32,000 nt of DNA, taken from NCBI GenBank assembly GCA_030679915.1, contig JAUXRY010000013.1, forward strand, positions 26,631-58,630, read 5' to 3'. Position numbers and translations under genes: made by a program. Below are positions 1 through 8,682 of this stretch, piece by piece; the first letter of the stretch is position 1; each line of letters opens with the position of its first letter. Below the pieces are notes generated by a model. The model worked only from the letters and a program-made list of their open reading frames with translations, did no database searches and was not told where the DNA came from. The DNA is from Thiobacillus sp. (GTDB taxonomy: Bacteria > Pseudomonadota > Gammaproteobacteria > Burkholderiales > Thiobacillaceae).

Positions 1-1572
1 GATGGGGCCGCTGCAGTCGCCGGTGTCGATGCGCCGGCCCTGGATATACACACCATCCGTCGCCGTGGTACCGACGCGCTTGCCGCTCAGCGTCAGGAAA
101 TGGGCGATCAGCCGCACTGTGGTGGTCTTGCCGTTGGTGCCGGTCACCGCCACTACCGGAATGCGGCCGTCCTCGCCCGGCGGAAACAGGGCCGAGACGA
201 TGGCCTCGCCCACCGGCTGCCCCTTGCCAAACGACGGCATCAGGTGCATGCGCAAGCCCGGCGCGGCATTGACTTCGACTACGCCGCCACCCTGTTCTTC
301 CAGCGGCTTGTGCACCGTCTGGCAAACGACATCAACGCCGCAGATATCGAGCCCGATCATCTGTGCGGCTTCCACCGCCCGCGCCGCCACTTCGGGGTGC
401 ACATCGTCAGTCACATCGGTCGCCGTTCCGCCTGTGCTCAGATTGGCGTTGTTGCGCAGCACGACTCGCTCGCCCAGGGGGATGATCGAATCGGCGTTGT
501 AGCCTTGCACAGCCAATCGCGCCAAGGCGATATAGTCAAATCGAATTTTGGTCAGCGAAGTGGCATGCCCTTCGCCACGGCGTGGATCGCTGTTCACCTG
601 CTCGACCAGTTCACGCACGCTATGCACGCCGTCGCCGGTCACATGTGGCGGTTCGCGACGCGCCGCGGCGACCAGCTGGTTGCCCACCACCAGCAAGCGA
701 TGGTCATGTCCGGGAATAAAGCGTTCAACCAGCACATCCTCGCTGATCGCTGCCGCAACACCGTATACAGTCATGAAGTGCTCACGGGTCTGGATGTTGA
801 CTGTCACCCCCTTGCCCTGGTTGCCGTCACGCGGCTTGACCACCACTGGCAGTCCGATCTTGCAGGCGGCAGCCCACCCTGCCTCGGCATCGGTTACCAC
901 CTGTCCAAGCGGCACCGGCACACCAGCCGCATCCAGCATCTGCTTGGTGAGATCCTTGTCCTGCGCGATGGCCTCGGAAATGGCACTGGAGCGATCCGTT
1001 TCCGCCGCCTGGATGCGCCGTTGACGGCTGCCCCAGCCAAACTGCACCAGACTGCTATCCGTCAGCCGGCGAAAAGGAATGCCGCGTGCAACTGCAGCCT
1101 GCACGATTGCGCCGGTGCTCGGACCGAGGCGAACCTCCTCATCCAGATCCCGCAACCGCTTCAGGGCATCGTCCAGATTGAAAGACGTATCGTTGCGTGC
1201 GGACAGGCACACCGACTCGGCCAGTTCGAGCGCCAGACGTCCTACCGCCTCCTCGATATATTCAACAACAACCTGATAAATTCCCGGCTGCACCGTAGCG
1301 GCCGTGAGGCAGAAACTGACCGGACAGCAGCCCGCATTGGCCTGCAAGGCCAGGGCAGAGAAAGCCAGGGCATGCGCCATGGAAATATCGTCTTCATCTC
1401 CGATAGGGCGCATCGGTCCAATGTCGGGCAGGCGCGCGCGCAAACGGGCCTCGAAACCGCTGATCGCACCAATCCTGAATTCGTCGGAGGCGCAACTCAC
1501 CAAGGCCTCGATGGCAGTGTGACGACTCCAGAGGTTGGGGCCACGCAGTGCCCGTATCCGTGATATTTCCAT
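1..1572 (-). CDS. cphA: Cyanophycin synthetase CphA, 3' end cut by the window edge (N-terminal 524 codons present)
   Basis: Absent from the supplied ORF track. Found by translating the minus strand from the ATG at 1572-1570: MEISRIRALRGPNLWSRHTAIEALV... The frame is open for 524 codons to position 1. It has ATP-grasp-type segments (LPVVVKPRDGNQGKGV, GGGVVEVNAAPGLRMH) and a Mur-ligase-type P-loop VTGTNGKTTT (reverse complement of 118-147). It is collinear with, and clearly similar to, the 1629-3818 paralog. Confidence 0.92.
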   Translation of the reverse strand, partial: MEISRIRALRGPNLWSRHTAIEALVSCASDEFRIGAISGFEARLRARLPDIGPMRPIGDEDDISMAHALAFSALALQANAGCCPVSFCLTAATVQPGIYQVVVEYIEEAVGRLALELAESVCLSARNDTSFNLDDALKRLRDLDEEVRLGPSTGAIVQAAVARGIPFRRLTDSSLVQFGWGSRQRRIQAAETDRSSAISEAIAQDKDLTKQMLDAAGVPVPLGQVVTDAEAGWAAACKIGLPVVVKPRDGNQGKGVTVNIQTREHFMTVYGVAAAISEDVLVERFIPGHDHRLLVVGNQLVAAARREPPHVTGDGVHSVRELVEQVNSDPRRGEGHATSLTKIRFDYIALARLAVQGYNADSIIPLGERVVLRNNANLSTGGTATDVTDDVHPEVAARAVEAAQMIGLDICGVDVVCQTVHKPLEEQGGGVVEVNAAPGLRMHLMPSFGKGQPVGEAIVSALFPPGEDGRIPVVAVTGTNGKTTTVRLIAHFLTLSGKRVGTTATDGVYIQGRRIDTGDCSGPI

Positions 1573-1599
1573 GAACACCTGTTCCTGTTTTGCATGCGG

Positions 1600-1617
1600 T
1601 GGCAGGATGCCCTGCCA
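1600..1617 (-). other. Intergenic stem-loop between the two cphA genes (7-bp stem TGGCAGG/CCTGCCA, 4-nt loop)
   Basis: Read directly: tggcagg-atgc-cctgcca at 1600-1617, inside the 56-nt gap between the stop of the upstream paralog (1629) and the cphA start (1572). No U-tract follows on the transcribed strand, so it is not a classical intrinsic terminator. Confidence 0.35.
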
Positions 1618-1628
1618 TCTGTCTTTAT

Positions 1629-3818
1629 TTAAGCGTTGCCCGGATTAGCCAACGAGACACGCAACGCGAATGATTCAATCCCGGCCCGAATCAGATCCGG
1701 CGAAATATCCAGCGCCAGCGCCACGCCAACCGCTGCGAGTACAGGCAGCGCCTGCAGCGGCGGAATGCCGCTGGCGACTGGCGGCAGGGCAGCCAGGTCA
1801 AAAATCGTCGTTTCGTTGCTGCCGCTCGCGATGACGATCTGGTTGTCACGCAGGAACAGCGCCCGGCCTCCCTGCGCGCGATGCGCGACTATCACCGGCA
1901 GATCCGCTTCCAGCGCGTAGAACAGAACAGCGCCGTCACACAGCGGGGCCAGCTCGACCACAGCCGGATCGGCCGCAGGCAATACTGCTGTGCCCTCGGA
2001 CAGGATGACGTCCACCTGGGTGCGCATCACGGTATGCATGTGCTCAGGTTCGCGGATGTAATACTCGGCGAGTCCCGGATCAATCTGCATGTCGGTCACC
2101 AAGCCGACCAGACAACGATCATAGGCATAGCCTTCACTGAGAATGGACTGGGCGTCATGCTCGAAGACCGCAGCATCGACGCCCCGGTTCATCAGCTGCT
2201 GCCGGCCCATGCGCCAGTTGGCACAGTTGCCGGTCTTGACCTGTCGTTGTCCCAGATACAGGCCATCGCGGCAGGCGAGACTGGTGCGCTTGCCGCTGAG
2301 CGCCATCAAATGGGCAACCAGGTGCGCAATAGACGTAGTGCCCTGCGAACCGCTGATACCGATGATGGGAATTCGGCCGCTTTCTGCACCGGGGAACAAG
2401 TGATCGGCAATTGCCCGCCCTACTGGCTGGGGTTCGCCTGTGGCCGGTTTCAGGTGCATGAGCAGGCCGGGGCCGGCGTTCACCTCGACGATACAGCCCC
2501 CCTGCTCATCGAGTGGTCGCGAAATGTCTTCCGCTACCAGGTCGATGCCCGCAATGTCCAGCCCCACCACCCGCGCGGCGAGGACGGCGGTTTCTGCCAC
2601 GCTGGGGTGCAGCGTATGGGTGACATCAAACGCCACGTTGCCATTTCGCTGGATCAGGATGCTTTGTTCAGCCTGCGGAACGGTATCCGGCGCACAGCCC
2701 TGTCGCGCCAGTTCCAGGCCAACAGCCGGGTCTTCATCAATCAGGATGCGGTTGAGCGGGTAGTCTTCGGTGGTGCCTCGGCGCGGATCAGAATTGATCT
2801 GGCTGTCGATCAGTTCGACGATGGTGGAGCGGCCATCGCCCACCACCCAGGCCGCCTCGCCACGCGCGGCCGCAACCACGCGCGACCCCACCACCAGCAA
2901 CCGATGCTCGTTGCCGCGCACGTAACGTTCGACCATCACCTCGCTGCCTTCGGGTAGTGCCAGCTGATAGGCCTGTTCGACTTCTTCGCGCGTGTTGAGG
3001 TCGAGCGAAATTCCGCGTCCGTGGTTGCCATCCACCGGCTTCACTGCCACGGGCAGACCAATGTCTTCTGCAGCCTCCCAGGCATCGTCCGGGCTTTCGG
3101 CAATGCGTCCCTCCGGTACCGGCACCCCGCAGGATTTCAGCAGCCGCTTGGTCAGATCCTTATCGCTGGCGATGCCTTCGGCAATCGCGCCGGTCAGGTC
3201 GGTTTCCGCGGTCCAGATGCGCCGCTGCCGGGCGCCATAGCCGAGCTGCACCAGGTTGCCGTCGGTCAGGCGAATCGACGGAATTTTTCGGCTGGCGGCG
3301 CCATCGACGATGCAGGCCGTGCTCGGGCCCAAGCAGGCCCTGTCTGCCAAATCATGCAGGCGAGCCACGGTGCCTGCCACATCAAAGGGCGTATCTTCAA
3401 TCGCTGCCATGAGCAGATCGCGGCCTGCCCGCAGCGCAGCGCGGCCGACCTGCTCGTTGCGCGTGCGCACCGCCACCTTGTAGATAGCACGTTCGGGCGT
3501 TTCGCGCGCCTTGCCGAAGCCCACCTGCATGCCGGCCAGGTTCTGCAGCTCGATCGTAACGTGCTCAAGAATGTGGGCCGGCCAGGTGCCCTCGCGCAGG
3601 CGCAACAAAAACCCACCGCGCTCGCCCACGCCACAGCGATGCTCGATCAGGCCGGGCAGCCAGCGGGTCAGCCGCTCATAAAGACCAGGCAGGGTGTTGG
3701 AGGGACAGTCTTCAAGGTCGCCGATGTCGACCCAGGCCTCAATCACCGACCGGTAAGTCCAGATATTCGGTCCGTCTAAATAGGCGATGCGCAGGAATTC
3801 GATGGCGTGTCTGCTCAT
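1629..3818 (-). CDS. Cyanophycin synthetase paralog (CphA'/CphA2-type) with a degenerate Mur-ligase P-loop
   Basis: The track ORF 1629-3857 aligns along its length to CphA (IEFLRIAYLDGPNIWTYRSVIE, LPVAVKPVDGNHGRGI, GGCIVEVNAGPGLLMH). The likely start is the internal Met MSRHAIEF at 3818. The P-loop position reads GISGSQGTTS (2331-2360) where the neighbour has GTNGKTT. Confidence 0.88.
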   Translation of the reverse strand: MSRHAIEFLRIAYLDGPNIWTYRSVIEAWVDIGDLEDCPSNTLPGLYERLTRWLPGLIEHRCGVGERGGFLLRLREGTWPAHILEHVTIELQNLAGMQVGFGKARETPERAIYKVAVRTRNEQVGRAALRAGRDLLMAAIEDTPFDVAGTVARLHDLADRACLGPSTACIVDGAASRKIPSIRLTDGNLVQLGYGARQRRIWTAETDLTGAIAEGIASDKDLTKRLLKSCGVPVPEGRIAESPDDAWEAAEDIGLPVAVKPVDGNHGRGISLDLNTREEVEQAYQLALPEGSEVMVERYVRGNEHRLLVVGSRVVAAARGEAAWVVGDGRSTIVELIDSQINSDPRRGTTEDYPLNRILIDEDPAVGLELARQGCAPDTVPQAEQSILIQRNGNVAFDVTHTLHPSVAETAVLAARVVGLDIAGIDLVAEDISRPLDEQGGCIVEVNAGPGLLMHLKPATGEPQPVGRAIADHLFPGAESGRIPIIGISGSQGTTSIAHLVAHLMALSGKRTSLACRDGLYLGQRQVKTGNCANWRMGRQQLMNRGVDAAVFEHDAQSILSEGYAYDRCLVGLVTDMQIDPGLAEYYIREPEHMHTVMRTQVDVILSEGTAVLPAADPAVVELAPLCDGAVLFYALEADLPVIVAHRAQGGRALFLRDNQIVIASGSNETTIFDLAALPPVASGIPPLQALPVLAAVGVALALDISPDLIRAGIESFALRVSLANPGNA

Positions 3819-4080
3819 GACGCTAGCGCCCGGACCAGACAAAATTGTGCAACTCAATAGGCATGGGATAGTGAATCAGAAAGCTGCAACAAGACCAAGT
3901 ACTACATTTGCCAGTTTAGATTGTGTTAATCGAAATCACGCCGCGCAGCATACAATAAACACCGCTTTGTCGGTGTGCGCCAAGCGCATCGACCCGCCTT
4001 TACAGGACAACAATTGCCATGCCCGCAGCCGGAATCACCGAGCGACGCTCTTCAGGCCGAGCGTGGCTGCGCTCTCACTC
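3819..4080. promoter_or_regulatory. Divergent intergenic region between the cphA paralog and the ABC transporter gene; presumed bidirectional promoter region
   Basis: A 262-bp AT-richer non-coding gap between divergently oriented genes. I could not pin down specific -35/-10 boxes. Confidence 0.3.
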
Positions 4081-6375
4081 ATGACCCGCATACCGAATCC
4101 CATCGCCGATTCACCCGCAACCCCCTCCGAAACCAGGCACGCCGAACTGAAGCTGTTGCCAGCCGAACAGGTCGTTGCCTCGCTCGACCTCGATCTCGAT
4201 GCGCACCTGGTTTTTTCGCAGGGACAGGTGGTGCTAACCAACCAGCGCCTGCTGGCCCGATCGTCCGACGAGACGGACTGGACTGCCTGGCCGTTCACGG
4301 CAGGCCTGACCCTGCAGCATTCCGATCATGCTGGCGTCGGCACGCTGGAATTGCACGATGCGACATCGCGGCTGGCCTGCTGGCGCTTTACGCTGGCCCA
4401 CAATGTGGCAGCGCTGCGGCTGCACGCTCGCTTTGCCGAAGAATCCGCCGATCACTTGTCCGACCAGCCCGTGTCGCCCCCAAACGAAGCGGTGTGCCCC
4501 ACCTGCAAGACACCGCTGCCGCCCGACCAGGATGAATGTCCGCTGTGCAGTCGTGAACGGCTCGAGGTGCCCTCGACCTGGACCCTGTTCCGGCTGTGGC
4601 GTTTCGCGAAGCCTTACCAAAATCCGCTGCTGGCCGGTTTTCTGCTGACGCTGGCCTCCACCGCCGCCACGCTGGTGCCGCCCTACCTGACCATGCCGCT
4701 GATGGACAAGGTACTAATCCCCTACCAGAACGGCCAGCCGATCGATATCGGGCTGGTGGCGCTGTTGCTGGCCGGCCTGCTGGCGTCGGCGCTGGCGGCC
4801 TGGAGTCTCGGCTGGGCACGCACCTACATTCTCGCGCGGGTCAGCGAGCGCATCGGTTCCGACCTTCGCACCACCACCTATGAGCATCTGTTGCAGCTGT
4901 CGCTGGAATATTTCGGCGGCAAGCGCACCGGCGACCTGATGACGCGCATCGGCTCGGAAACCGACCGCATCTGCGTCTTCCTGTCTCTGCATCTGCTCGA
5001 CTTCGCCACCGACGTATTGATGATCGTCATGACGGCAGTGATCCTGTTTTCGATCAATCCCGCGCTGGCGCTGGTCACCCTGGTGCCGCTGCCCTTCATC
5101 GCCTGGATGATCCATCGGGTACGCGACCGCTTGCGAACCGGCTTCGAGAAAATCGACCGGGTCTGGTCCGAAGTCACCAACGTGCTGGCCGACACCATTC
5201 CCGGCATTCGCGTGGTCAAGGCATTTGCCCAGGAAAAACGCGAAGCGCAGCGCTTTCGCGACGCCAACCACCACAACCTGGCCGCCAACGACCGTCTGAA
5301 TAAAACCTGGTCACTGTTCTCGCCCACCATCACGCTGCTTACCGAGTTCGGTTTGCTGGTGGTGTGGGCATTCGGTATCTGGCAGGTGGCGCATGACGAA
5401 ATCACCGTCGGCGTGCTCACCGCCTTCCTCGCCTACATCAGCCGCTTCTACAGCCGCCTCGATTCGATGAGCCGCATCGTATCTGTTACGCAGAAAGCCG
5501 CGGCCGGCGCCAAGCGCATTTTCGATGTGCTCGACCATGTCTCAAGCGTGCCGGAGCCGACCCATCCCGTGCAGCTCGATCAGGTGCAGGGCCAGATCGA
5601 GATCCGCGACGCCGGCTTCCGCTACGGCAACCGCGGCGTGATCCGTGGCCTCAACCTGAGCATCCAGCCGGGCGAGATGATCGGCCTGGTCGGCCACAGC
5701 GGATCCGGCAAGAGCACGCTGGTCAACCTGATCTGCCGATTCTACGATCTCACCGAAGGCGCGATCCGCCTCGATGGCGTCGACATCCGCTCGCTGGCGG
5801 TGGCCGACTACCGACGCCACATCGGACTGGTGCTGCAGGAACCCTTCCTGTTCTTTGGCACCATTGCCGAGAACATCGCCTACGGCAAACCCGATGCCAG
5901 CCGTGCAGAAATCATTGCCGCGGCACGCGCCGCGCATGCCCACGAATTCATCCTGCGCCTGCCGCAGGGCTACGACTCGCTGGTCGGCGAACGCGGCCAG
6001 GGCCTCTCGGGCGGCGAGCGCCAGCGCATTTCCATCGCGCGCGCGCTGCTGATCGACCCACGCATTCTCATCCTCGACGAAGCCACGTCTTCGGTCGATA
6101 CCGAAACCGAAAAGGAAATCCAGAAAGCGCTCGACAACCTGGTGCGCGGCCGCACCACGCTCGCCATCGCCCACCGTTTGTCCACCTTGCGCCAGGCCGA
6201 CCGGCTTGTCGTCATGGACCGCGGCCAGATCGTCGAGGTCGGCAACCACGACACGCTGATGGCGCGTGAAGGACACTACTACCGGCTCTATCAGGCCCAG
6301 GCCCGCAACGTCGACACCGACCTGGACGAGTCGCCCACGGCCAGTGCCGAACCCAAACCCCCGATGCCCAAGTGA
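4081..6375 (+). CDS. ABC transporter, fused permease/ATPase (exporter type), with a ~170-aa N-terminal cytoplasmic extension; cyanophycin-metabolism-associated type
   Basis: Walker A GHSGSGKST, signature LSGGERQR and Walker B ILILDEATS, preceded by a six-TM-like ABC exporter domain. The start is set at ATG 4081 (MTRIPNPI); the upstream part of track ORF 3787-6375 overlaps the cphA' start and looks non-coding. The N-terminal extension contains CPTC...CPLC at 4495-4548. Confidence 0.88.
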   Translation: MTRIPNPIADSPATPSETRHAELKLLPAEQVVASLDLDLDAHLVFSQGQVVLTNQRLLARSSDETDWTAWPFTAGLTLQHSDHAGVGTLELHDATSRLACWRFTLAHNVAALRLHARFAEESADHLSDQPVSPPNEAVCPTCKTPLPPDQDECPLCSRERLEVPSTWTLFRLWRFAKPYQNPLLAGFLLTLASTAATLVPPYLTMPLMDKVLIPYQNGQPIDIGLVALLLAGLLASALAAWSLGWARTYILARVSERIGSDLRTTTYEHLLQLSLEYFGGKRTGDLMTRIGSETDRICVFLSLHLLDFATDVLMIVMTAVILFSINPALALVTLVPLPFIAWMIHRVRDRLRTGFEKIDRVWSEVTNVLADTIPGIRVVKAFAQEKREAQRFRDANHHNLAANDRLNKTWSLFSPTITLLTEFGLLVVWAFGIWQVAHDEITVGVLTAFLAYISRFYSRLDSMSRIVSVTQKAAAGAKRIFDVLDHVSSVPEPTHPVQLDQVQGQIEIRDAGFRYGNRGVIRGLNLSIQPGEMIGLVGHSGSGKSTLVNLICRFYDLTEGAIRLDGVDIRSLAVADYRRHIGLVLQEPFLFFGTIAENIAYGKPDASRAEIIAAARAAHAHEFILRLPQGYDSLVGERGQGLSGGERQRISIARALLIDPRILILDEATSSVDTETEKEIQKALDNLVRGRTTLAIAHRLSTLRQADRLVVMDRGQIVEVGNHDTLMAREGHYYRLYQAQARNVDTDLDESPTASAEPKPPMPK

Positions 6376-6851
6376 CTGCCATGACGACTGTCGATTTTCA
6401 GCTCACCCGTAACAGCCATGGACGGCTCCAGTTGACCGCATCCGACGGCAGCGTGCATGACAACGTGGTGCCGGTGCGTGCGTTTCCGATTGCCGCGCCA
6501 ACAGAAGGCATCGCCCTGATGGGTGCCGATGGTCACGAACTGGCCTGGATCGAACGTCTGGACAGCCTGCCCGATGCCAGCCGCGCAGTGGTCGAAGCAG
6601 AACTCGCCAGCCGCGAATTTGTGCCCGAAATCCGGCGACTAATCCAGGTCTCCACCTTTGCCACGCCCAGCACCTGGACCGTAGACACCGACCGTGGCGA
6701 AACCCGTTTCATCCTCAAGGGTGAAGAAGACATCCGGCGCCTGGGTACCGCCACGCTCATGATTGCGGACAGCCACGGCATCCAGTTCCTGATCCGCGAC
6801 CTGCAGTCACTCGATCGGCACAGCCGCAAACTGCTGGACCGGTTTCTGTGA
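6372..6851 (+). CDS. DUF1854-family protein (cyanophycin-metabolism-associated partner of the ABC transporter)
   Basis: The GTG at 6372 overlaps the ABC stop (GTGA); an alternative ATG lies at 6381. The sequence (FQLTRNSHGRLQL...VRAFPIAAP...) matches my recollection of the DUF1854 family, which is found next to this ABC type and cphA. Confidence 0.75.
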   Translation: MTAMTTVDFQLTRNSHGRLQLTASDGSVHDNVVPVRAFPIAAPTEGIALMGADGHELAWIERLDSLPDASRAVVEAELASREFVPEIRRLIQVSTFATPSTWTVDTDRGETRFILKGEEDIRRLGTATLMIADSHGIQFLIRDLQSLDRHSRKLLDRFL

Positions 6852-6990
6852 TCAAGACAATCGGCAGGGGAAATTGCTACCACTAACTCCCGCTTGTTTA
6901 GTCGAACAAAACTCAATTGGCACAATATCAGTACGGGTTTCATCGCCATCAATCCGGCTAGAATGTCGCTTTATAACGCAGGAGCTCCAC

Positions 6991-7242
6991 ATGTCCGAAC
7001 CCGTTGTTTTTGATAAAAACCCCGCCGAACTTGAACTCGAACCCGGTGAATACTGGTGGTGTTCGTGTGGCCGCTCGATGACGCAACCGTTTTGCGATGG
7101 CTCGCACGAAGGCACCGATATGGAACCCGTGTCGTTTGTAGTCGAAGAAAAAACCACTGTTTGGCTGTGCAACTGCAAGCACACCCAAACCAAACCCTTC
7201 TGTGACGGTTCGCACAACGACCTGCCCGACGATATTTTCTGA
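6991..7242 (+). CDS. CDGSH iron-sulfur domain protein (two CDGSH motifs)
   Basis: Two copies of the C-x-C-x(8-9)-P-F-C-D-G-S-H pattern (CSCGRSMTQPFCDGSH and CNCKHTQTKPFCDGSH). ATG at 6991 is preceded by GGAG. The upstream part of track ORF 6874-7242 is unlikely to be coding. Confidence 0.88.
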   Translation: MSEPVVFDKNPAELELEPGEYWWCSCGRSMTQPFCDGSHEGTDMEPVSFVVEEKTTVWLCNCKHTQTKPFCDGSHNDLPDDIF

Positions 7243-7310
7243 TCTCATTTTTTCGTCCATAACAAGAAGGCAAGCTGCCCATCGAACTGACAGCAATTTG
7301 GCCAGATCTG

Positions 7311-8177
7311 TTGCTGCCGTTTGCCTGGGGCGGACTGGTCGGCCTGGTGTTTTCGCTGGTGGGCGCGGCGGGGGGGATTCTGGCCTCGTTTGGTCTGATC
7401 TCGGTGTTGGGTCTCACCGACGCCAATCAGGTCAAACCCATGGCCCAGGTACTCACCCTGGCCACCCCACTGATCGCTGTACCCCATTACCTGCGGCAGT
7501 GCCGCGTCGTGCTCCGGCTGGGATTCATCCTGGCAACGGGTGGCTTGCTGGGTGCGTTGGTGGGTAGCCGTTTATCCATGCACCACCTGGCCGACCTCTC
7601 CGAATTCAAGCCCGCATTCGCAATTCTGGTGCTGATCATCGCTGCGCAACTTGCGTGGTCCCTGCGCCGGTCCGGCCAATCGGCAGGCCCTGCCGCCCGT
7701 GCAGCCGCCGCCTTCGAAGGTCTGGTGCTTCAAGGCGAACCGACTTGTTCAGTAGGCGTGCAGCGCCGGCCCTGGTCGTGGCGTCGCCTTGAGTTCGAGT
7801 TTGGTGGAGAGGTCTTTGGATATCGTCCCGCCACTGCATTTGCGGCCGGATTCACCATTGCGGCCCTCGCCTCGGCCTTGGGTGTGGGCGGTGGTTTTTT
7901 GCTGGTCCCGTTCATGGCCATGGTGCTGCGCCTGCCCATGTTTGTGGTGGCAGGCACGGCAGCGTTGGCCATCTTCATCAGCTCGTCGGCCTCCATCGTC
8001 AACTACATGGTCATGGGCGTTCAGCTGGACTGGGGACTGCTGATTCCCATGCTGATAGGCACTATAGTCGGTGCTTTTCTGGGCCCGCACATCAGCCGAC
8101 ATTTCAAGGAAAGCTGGTTGCGAATCTTGTTGGCGAGTGTGTTGCTGGGAATTGGCGTTAAGTATCTCGTTGGGTAA
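7311..8177 (+). CDS. TSUP-family (TauE/SafE-like) anion permease
   Basis: Polytopic membrane protein with the duplicated glycine-rich TSUP signature (LVGAAGGILASFGL and ALGVGGGFLLVPFM). The TTG start at 7311 is the first canonical start after the in-frame stop at 7260, so the start is uncertain. Confidence 0.75.
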   Translation: MLPFAWGGLVGLVFSLVGAAGGILASFGLISVLGLTDANQVKPMAQVLTLATPLIAVPHYLRQCRVVLRLGFILATGGLLGALVGSRLSMHHLADLSEFKPAFAILVLIIAAQLAWSLRRSGQSAGPAARAAAAFEGLVLQGEPTCSVGVQRRPWSWRRLEFEFGGEVFGYRPATAFAAGFTIAALASALGVGGGFLLVPFMAMVLRLPMFVVAGTAALAIFISSSASIVNYMVMGVQLDWGLLIPMLIGTIVGAFLGPHISRHFKESWLRILLASVLLGIGVKYLVG

Positions 8178-8682
8178 CAAGGGACGTAGGCAGGGACGTT
8201 GATGTGACGAAATGCGTATTGAAAGACTGCGACTGTTCCTTGTAAGTCAAATAACCGGGCATTACACGTGTCCAGTATCCGGCGCATGCTTTCAATGACT
8301 CAAACCTATCCTAAAGCAGAAATTCGGGCGGTTTCTCGCGAACGACTCATGTCGGCCAAAGTTATTGGTTGCTGAATGCCAGTCAGTTCTGCGAATAAAA
8401 CATGGGATCACGAATAAAACTCGGGTTAGCTCAACCTGACCCCGTGTTTCAAGATATTGCAAACCACAGACCCCATGAGCCACACCCCCGTCAGCAAGAA
8501 ATGCTACGCTCTTGGCCGGCGGGCGTCACCCACAAATTCGATGGTAGGCCCCGTGTTTCTCAGTAGCTATAAATAGGGATGAAAAATGGACTCACCGTCG
8601 TGAGTGTTGAAAGTAAGTTCTGTGGGGTTTCTCATTGCTTGGGTATCTGTAGTAGCTATTAAGAAAAAATTCTGACTCTGAT

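Noticed and set aside
2-1563. Long plus-strand ORFs in the track (2-502, 100-1563, 548-1024, 1079-1276, 1304-1522)
   Set aside because: They are antisense to a clearly recognisable cphA reading frame on the minus strand (1-1572). Their translations are Arg/Ala/Pro-rich low-complexity sequence, typical of off-frame ORFs in GC-rich DNA.
1881-3779. Plus-strand ORFs 1881-2957 (358 aa), 3021-3779 (252 aa) and smaller ones
   Set aside because: Antisense to the cphA paralog, with no recognisable motifs and high-GC artefact composition.
3787-4080. N-terminal 98-codon extension of the ABC transporter ORF (track start 3787)
   Set aside because: It would overlap the divergent cphA' start and cross an AT-rich promoter-like region. 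The sequence (MRRNSMACLLMTLAPG...) is not protein-like. ATG 4081 gives a sensible N-terminus.
6852-7426. Minus-strand ORFs 6852-7217, 6958-7296 and 6971-7426, and the plus-strand extension 6874-6990
   Set aside because: They overlap the well-supported CDGSH gene or lie in its upstream region. There are no motifs, and the CDGSH ATG at 6991 has a proper GGAG RBS.
8292-8483. 63-aa minus-strand ORF in the spacer
   Set aside because: No RBS and no motif. It lies in a lower-GC non-coding-looking region. At most it is a gene remnant, so it is reported only as part of the spacer finding.
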